In this document: one piece after another, positions 60,501 through 64,000 of the stretch
Position numbering within the stretch: position 1 is the first letter of the stretch
Layout: the number at the start of each line of letters is the position of its first letter
Source of the DNA: Flavobacteriales bacterium
GTDB lineage: Bacteria > Bacteroidota > Bacteroidia > Flavobacteriales_D > Crocinitomicaceae
Reading direction: 5' to 3'
Length of the DNA stretch: 64,000 bases
Assembly (NCBI GenBank): GCA_947500875.1
Contig: CANMUN010000007.1
Span: 2,244-66,243, forward strand
Translations under genes and position numbers: made by a program
The notes under the pieces: generated by a model
The model's database searches: none
What the model was told of the DNA's origin: nothing
Seen by the model: only the letters and a program-made list of their open reading frames with translations

Positions 60501-60734
60501 AATGTCTTGTTTGTTATTAAAGAAGAAGTTTTCTTGCAGGTGCTGTTCAAATGCCCAGAGAAAAGTTGATTTTCCAGTGCCGTAAGATCCAATCAAAGTG
60601 AAGCAATTTTGGCCTCGCTCGTGATTGTAAATAACTCGTTCAAATACTGCATTTGAATTGGCTGTAGGGATAAAATCTATGTCTTTGTCTTGATCCCTAA
60701 TAATATTGGTAGAAACAAGCATAGTTTTATTCAT
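57537..60734 (-). CDS. Large P-loop ATPase (SspC-like)
   Basis: Walker A GSYGTGKS, Walker B IIVDEFGK, EWEKVQGR, YPLDP, GQNERSLFGFL; start 60734 or 60722. Confidence 0.82.
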   Translation of the reverse strand: MNKTMLVSTNIIRDQDKDIDFIPTANSNAVFERVIYNHERGQNCFTLIGSYGTGKSTFLWAFEQHLQENFFFNNKQDISNQYQFVKIIGESISFKATFCEHFGLTTYIDATNKVILKNFNFLLEELNDKHIGLVIIVDEFGKHLEFIAQKNPEEMYFIQELCEFLNDPLRNVLFITTLHQNINAYAHNLSVAQRSEWEKVQGRMMEIPFDEPIEQLLFFAAQKLGAKRIRNKKDLNPLFDLLAQHRAIQVKNKKQQKELELLYPLDPFAAELLTKSLQKYGQNERSLFGFLDSDYCYGFIKNHEIFTIENIFDYLIKYHYSAIEDPIRNSNKSIWQAALKINDRIEIEFSSNYHELSSIIKFICITSIFANNACILDKTFIEKYFKATGKFHNSIELIALLESSNIIVYSRVKNRYIFKEATDLNLEEELVLANNQIDHDFNVISRLKELIILPRIFAKRAYYTNGIPRIFNCVFKDKTELLDLNSNYDGEIIYLFEDLTESELSTIKSSIKPLVIASAKKDNSVKYNLIELEKLMNIQVKYLDDKPALRIINEDISHRIDLINAYFEEKSFSLGHFEWFVNGEKTNVNSITDLNKIISVLCISWFNDAPIYKNEMVNRNTISTPILTARKQLIKAIIEHGDLIDLGFEPSKFPPEKTIYLSLLKQTGIHRKEGERVGFFEPLDASFSKLWNQSRVLLEDSTNRKTSVQDLYDVLKEKPFGLKKGFLDYWIPIFMIIQKEEYSLYYDDGEYIPQITPEVLDLVYKHPKKYFIKGLSSKGINVSYLDSYKEMVGFNETNVKGLQSSYISIYGNFLRFYRGLDDYSKKTKNLSKEGIGVRQAIAHAKDPESALFSQIPEALGYFEELSRKDNSVEFITSLKQAIREIRTAYDVLIESIEQEISHHLTIEAESFDVLKSAILDRFGTINKNRILNPQLKLLLTRLTSPLDIKKAYWESICDAVLGKKLDKCTDEDIPVFIDNLKALLDDLNNLIDLNKLQGSSTGNAYQISILNGDASDKINENIFVNQAEEKTIQSLSKQIQSLLEKDQKNVSKAALIDALKKIIVK

Positions 60735-61587
60735 AGTGTAAACGTAATATTTCAATAGGTGTTAATTCTGGAGAAACTTGGACCTCGTATCTTCCAGCAT
60801 CTTCCTTTTTCGTTAAATAACCTAACGATTCTAATTGATTTAATTTGCTTTCAGTACCTTCTCGGTTGCACAAGAATAATTCTGAAACTTCATTCTGAAT
60901 GTCAAGAATAGATATCGAAGCAGAAGCTGGGAATTTCACTTTAATTGCATACAGTAAAATCTCAGGTGGTAATGATTCTTTTGTATTGTAATTAAATTTC
61001 AAGACCGGTTCATTGTCAATATATACTTGTTCTAGTTCTTGAATAAGATTTATCTCAGTAAACAAGGTAGTGGTATCTTCTTCAATCGACTTAATATTGA
61101 TTTTGGTAGACCTCAAGTAATTCTTGATAAATACTTTTGCATCAGTAGAGAGGGTTGTTTGACTTATAGAAATGTTATTTCGCAAACAATAGCGAATTAA
61201 AAAATCCGAAAATTGGGTTAAAGTAAATTCATTTCCAATTTTTGATTTACGAAATTCTGTAAAACCTAGTTTATAAATAGACGAGTAATTGGTGTTTAAT
61301 AAATGAAAATGAAGGAGCCATATTGTTCCGAGGTCCTCTAAGTACGGATCAAATCCAGATTCATTAAGTAATGCCTTTGACCAATCAGAAACGCCATCTT
61401 CATCTTCCAATCCAATTGCCTTCACCCAATGTGATATTGAGGCAACCATGTTTTTACCAACCCCTAATTCAATTAACGCGTCATTCGATTTAAAATCACG
61501 ATTATTTGTAATGAAATCAAACCCTTTTTTTATCCAGAATGATTTGCAATGAAAAGTTTCGTGACCAGAAAATCTAAAATTTGACAT
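60727..61587 (-). CDS. DUF4007 family protein (SspB-like)
   Basis: FSGHETF...WIKKG, LGVGKNMVASI.HW, DPYLED.GTIWLLH. Confidence 0.9.
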   Translation of the reverse strand: MSNFRFSGHETFHCKSFWIKKGFDFITNNRDFKSNDALIELGVGKNMVASISHWVKAIGLEDEDGVSDWSKALLNESGFDPYLEDLGTIWLLHFHLLNTNYSSIYKLGFTEFRKSKIGNEFTLTQFSDFLIRYCLRNNISISQTTLSTDAKVFIKNYLRSTKINIKSIEEDTTTLFTEINLIQELEQVYIDNEPVLKFNYNTKESLPPEILLYAIKVKFPASASISILDIQNEVSELFLCNREGTESKLNQLESLGYLTKKEDAGRYEVQVSPELTPIEILRLHYE

Positions 61588-61714
61588 AGTTTCAAAATTA
61601 CATTGATTTATTATGTGTTAATTTGAAAAAATCACATCAACATGTAAAAGTTTTACACAAATTTCACTCGTAAAATCCTATTCTATTTACGTTCAGTCTT
61701 CCTTCGATTTATTT

Positions 61715-62521
61715 TCACACCATCCCCTCCACGGGCCTCAGGTCGTTTACTTCTACTTCGAGCACGTAGCGGTCGAGTTTGGTATGGTATCGCGTAAAGG
61801 GTGCAATCAGGGGATAGCGGTCTTTAAGCAGCAGGAAGTCTTTAAAGGTCAATTCCAAGCGCAGTGGGTATTTATTACCGGAAAAGGCAAAGCCAAAGAC
61901 ATCGGGAATTTGTTGTTCATGGAGTGTTTCGTATTTAAATAAAGTTCCGGTAAATTCTACCGCTCCAATGCGGTCAATGTTATAGGTTTTATTTTTTTGG
62001 GTACTTGGTTCAAAGGCCATCACGGTGTGGTAGTTTTCGGTGAAGCCAAAGGGTTCCACGAGGCGGTCGGAGATGCTTTCGGAGTTGATGGATTGGTATT
62101 TTTTGAGTACCACTTGTTCTTTATTCATCATGGCCTTCGTGAGGCGTTCCACGGCTTTCCCGTTCTTGGCATGGAGCAGGTGGGTGGCCACCATCGGGAG
62201 TTCAGAACTCATATAGATTTTGCTGAGCAAGGAATCCTTCAATTTGGAAGATTTTCCGGTACTTAACACGAGTGCTTTCAGGAGATCGGCCTCTTCTGGC
62301 GTAAAATAAATGCCATCGGTAGGCTGCTGTTCAATGTAGTAGCGCTGGTTGTGGTCTTTATGGAGATCAAACCCACATTCTCGGAGCAGGTCGAGGTAGC
62401 GATACACGGTACGTTCGGTGGAGTCGAGAAAAGTAGCGAGTTGGTTAATGGTTTTATGGGGAGTTTCTTGCAGGTAGCTAATGAGTTGCAGCACGCGCAA
62501 GATCTTGCGTTGGTTAAGCAT
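61715..62521 (-). CDS. HTH + WYL domain transcriptional regulator
   Basis: N-terminal HTH (RTVYRYLDLLRECGF); WYL core YQS...RLVEPF...KTYNIDRI. Confidence 0.88.
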   Translation of the reverse strand: MLNQRKILRVLQLISYLQETPHKTINQLATFLDSTERTVYRYLDLLRECGFDLHKDHNQRYYIEQQPTDGIYFTPEEADLLKALVLSTGKSSKLKDSLLSKIYMSSELPMVATHLLHAKNGKAVERLTKAMMNKEQVVLKKYQSINSESISDRLVEPFGFTENYHTVMAFEPSTQKNKTYNIDRIGAVEFTGTLFKYETLHEQQIPDVFGFAFSGNKYPLRLELTFKDFLLLKDRYPLIAPFTRYHTKLDRYVLEVEVNDLRPVEGMV

Positions 62522-62605
62522 GGGGTAGGGTTTGTGGCAAAGAACAAAAAAAGGATTTAATCCCACAACTTTTTGACCCGAGCTGTCAGGGGAAAATTTG
62601 GAAAA

Positions 62606-62628
62606 CCTCTGGGTGCGCCCTTCGATTT
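62606..62628 (+). repeat. 23-bp exact direct repeat of 47178-47200
   Basis: CCTCTGGGTGCGCCCTTCGATTT at both positions. Confidence 0.9.
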
Positions 62629-62629
62629 A

Positions 62630-62661
62630 CTCCGGGTGTGGGTTTAAACCCACACCCGGAG
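62630..62661. repeat. Perfect 32-bp palindrome
   Basis: CTCCGGGTGTGGGTTT|AAACCCACACCCGGAG; lies 24 nt past the stop of the - strand nucleotidyltransferase gene. Confidence 0.85.
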
Positions 62662-62685
62662 GAGACACACTAAACAATCGAATAA

Positions 62686-63372
62686 TTAATAATTCAAAAT
62701 TTTAGTGATTTTCTCTTCCACAATGGGCATGCGCTCCTCGAGCATAATGGGGTGAATATGTGCCATTAAAAGCTCTGTTAGCATTCCTTGTTGGATTATT
62801 TCGTTCAGTTGATGTTTGATAAAATTGGAAATATCTACTTCTGCTTTAGCGATCTCTTCAACGATCTTTATGCGGTTGTCGATAATATAAATAATGTCCT
62901 CGATGTCATGACTGGTTCTATAATCTGAACCTCTGTCATTAAAGGCTTCAAACTTGGTTGCTAAATAGCATGGGGCAGCCAGAATTTGAATTTCTTGTTC
63001 TTTTGCCATAGCAGTCCATAGATTTTTAAACCCAATTTTGTACCATCGGTTTGCTGAACCTAAGGGTCCATCTTCTGCAGCCATTATATCTACCGGGATA
63101 TCTTTATACTTGAAACTACATATTGCATGACCATAAGGATCGGGATGAAAGCCAAGTGATGCCAATTTCTCATTGATTTGTTGCCAGTGATTTAAATTGA
63201 CAATGTTCAAGGTCATATCTATGTCCTTCGTTGGGCGAATTTCATCTGCTGCAGGATCATCCGTATATAGACTAACCACTGCACCGCCAACGAATACAAT
63301 TTCTTTTTTTAATTCACCCAATGCTTTTGCAACTTCTGCAACTACTCCGATATTGATGATTTTATTTTCCAA
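62686..63372 (-). CDS. Nucleotidyltransferase-fold protein (AbiEii-like putative toxin)
   Basis: VFVGGAVV...RPTKDID, KFEAF.DRG, SHDIEDI; TTG start overlaps the upstream stop. Confidence 0.75.
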   Translation of the reverse strand: MENKIINIGVVAEVAKALGELKKEIVFVGGAVVSLYTDDPAADEIRPTKDIDMTLNIVNLNHWQQINEKLASLGFHPDPYGHAICSFKYKDIPVDIMAAEDGPLGSANRWYKIGFKNLWTAMAKEQEIQILAAPCYLATKFEAFNDRGSDYRTSHDIEDIIYIIDNRIKIVEEIAKAEVDISNFIKHQLNEIIQQGMLTELLMAHIHPIMLEERMPIVEEKITKILNY

Positions 63373-63886
63373 GGTCAAATCGCTTTTTAAGTGCTACAAT
63401 GGCAATTTCTTTTTCTCTTGCTCTTCCAACTCGTAAAGCATCAGTTAATGCAAGAAGTTCGTGTAATTTCAGATCTTTTAAAGCTGCTTCGGGTACAGTT
63501 GGATATAACGGAATAATGCTATGTCCGCGAACGGTTCCTTTACCGTATGGCCAAACATAAATTTCATTACTCTGAATTTCTGCATTCAAGGGTGCTGCTG
63601 CATGAGAAGTTGGAATCCCCCTTACTATTGCCCCAGGTTGTTGTGGGAACGTATAACGCAGTCCATATTGCAAAAACTCAATGAATGCCATCTTCATTAC
63701 CGTTTTACCATCAGGAGCTAATAGTCCTGAAAATTTGCAACGCGCAACTGCTTCGCTGACTTCCGACTGGCTCAAACTTAACGATTCTGCCATAGGTTTT
63801 TGATTCCATGAAGGGTTATTGTCGCTTACTATTTTAAGTAATAGCACCACGTCTTGTGGTTTTAAATGTTGACGTTGAGTTTTCAT
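63362..63886 (-). CDS. HTH protein, putative cognate antitoxin/regulator
   Basis: LKPQDVVLLLKI, HTH MAESLSLSQSEVSEAVAR, RGIPTSHAAAPL, DALRVGRARE; coupled to the NTase gene. Confidence 0.7.
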   Translation of the reverse strand: MKTQRQHLKPQDVVLLLKIVSDNNPSWNQKPMAESLSLSQSEVSEAVARCKFSGLLAPDGKTVMKMAFIEFLQYGLRYTFPQQPGAIVRGIPTSHAAAPLNAEIQSNEIYVWPYGKGTVRGHSIIPLYPTVPEAALKDLKLHELLALTDALRVGRAREKEIAIVALKKRFDLGK

Positions 63887-63893
63887 TTTAATC

Positions 63894-63986
63894 AATATTG
63901 CGTATCGCGATATGCAATATTAAGAATTAAAATTCAATTATACAAGGAGATAGGAGTTAAATATCGCGTATTGCGATACGCGATAT
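63894..63986. promoter_or_regulatory. Two related palindromic operator-like sites
   Basis: AATATTGCGTATCGCGATATGCAATATT (63894-63921) and ATATCGCGTATTGCGATACGCGATAT (63961-63986), each a one-mismatch inverted repeat. Confidence 0.7.
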
Positions 63987-64000
63987 AGGTGTAAAGTATT

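Noticed and set aside
56422..61587. BREX type 4 or sulfate-assimilation cysH
   Set aside because: No pglZ or brxL in the window and no cysD/cysN neighbours; the gene order fits sspB-C-D-E better

Overview
64-kb window from a Bacteroidota (Flavobacteriales-like) chromosome, judged from the T9SS/PorP genes and TAnnTTTG promoter elements. About 1-30.7 kb is housekeeping and envelope genes: rpe, L,D-transpeptidase, kdsC, secA, guaA, hemF, a T9SS cargo-PorP-OmpA cluster, thiolase and T9SS-A proteins. About 30.8-64 kb is an accessory/defence island. Its most striking element is a tightly packed five-gene operon at 30831-39083: a DUF1737-L7/L12-CTD protein; a 1420-aa retron-type reverse transcriptase fused to a C-type-lectin-like (FISUMP/DUF1566) domain, LRRs and DUF4116 repeats; a stand-alone LRR protein; a MoxR-like AAA+ ATPase; and a HExxH-peptidase-vWA protein. 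Immediately after it lies a ~160-nt highly structured putative ncRNA with its own promoter and terminator. Further on are a tandem DUF262 (GmrSD-like) pair, Fic and RhuM genes among REP-like palindromes, and an AT-rich Ssp-type phosphorothioation locus (sspB/C/D/E-like plus a cysteine desulfurase). That locus converges on a GHKL/MORC ATPase-SF2 helicase-PLD module, has a WYL regulator, and is bracketed by an identical 23-bp direct repeat. The window ends with a nucleotidyltransferase toxin-antitoxin-like pair with two palindromic operators. All calls come from motif recognition by eye; no database searches were run.
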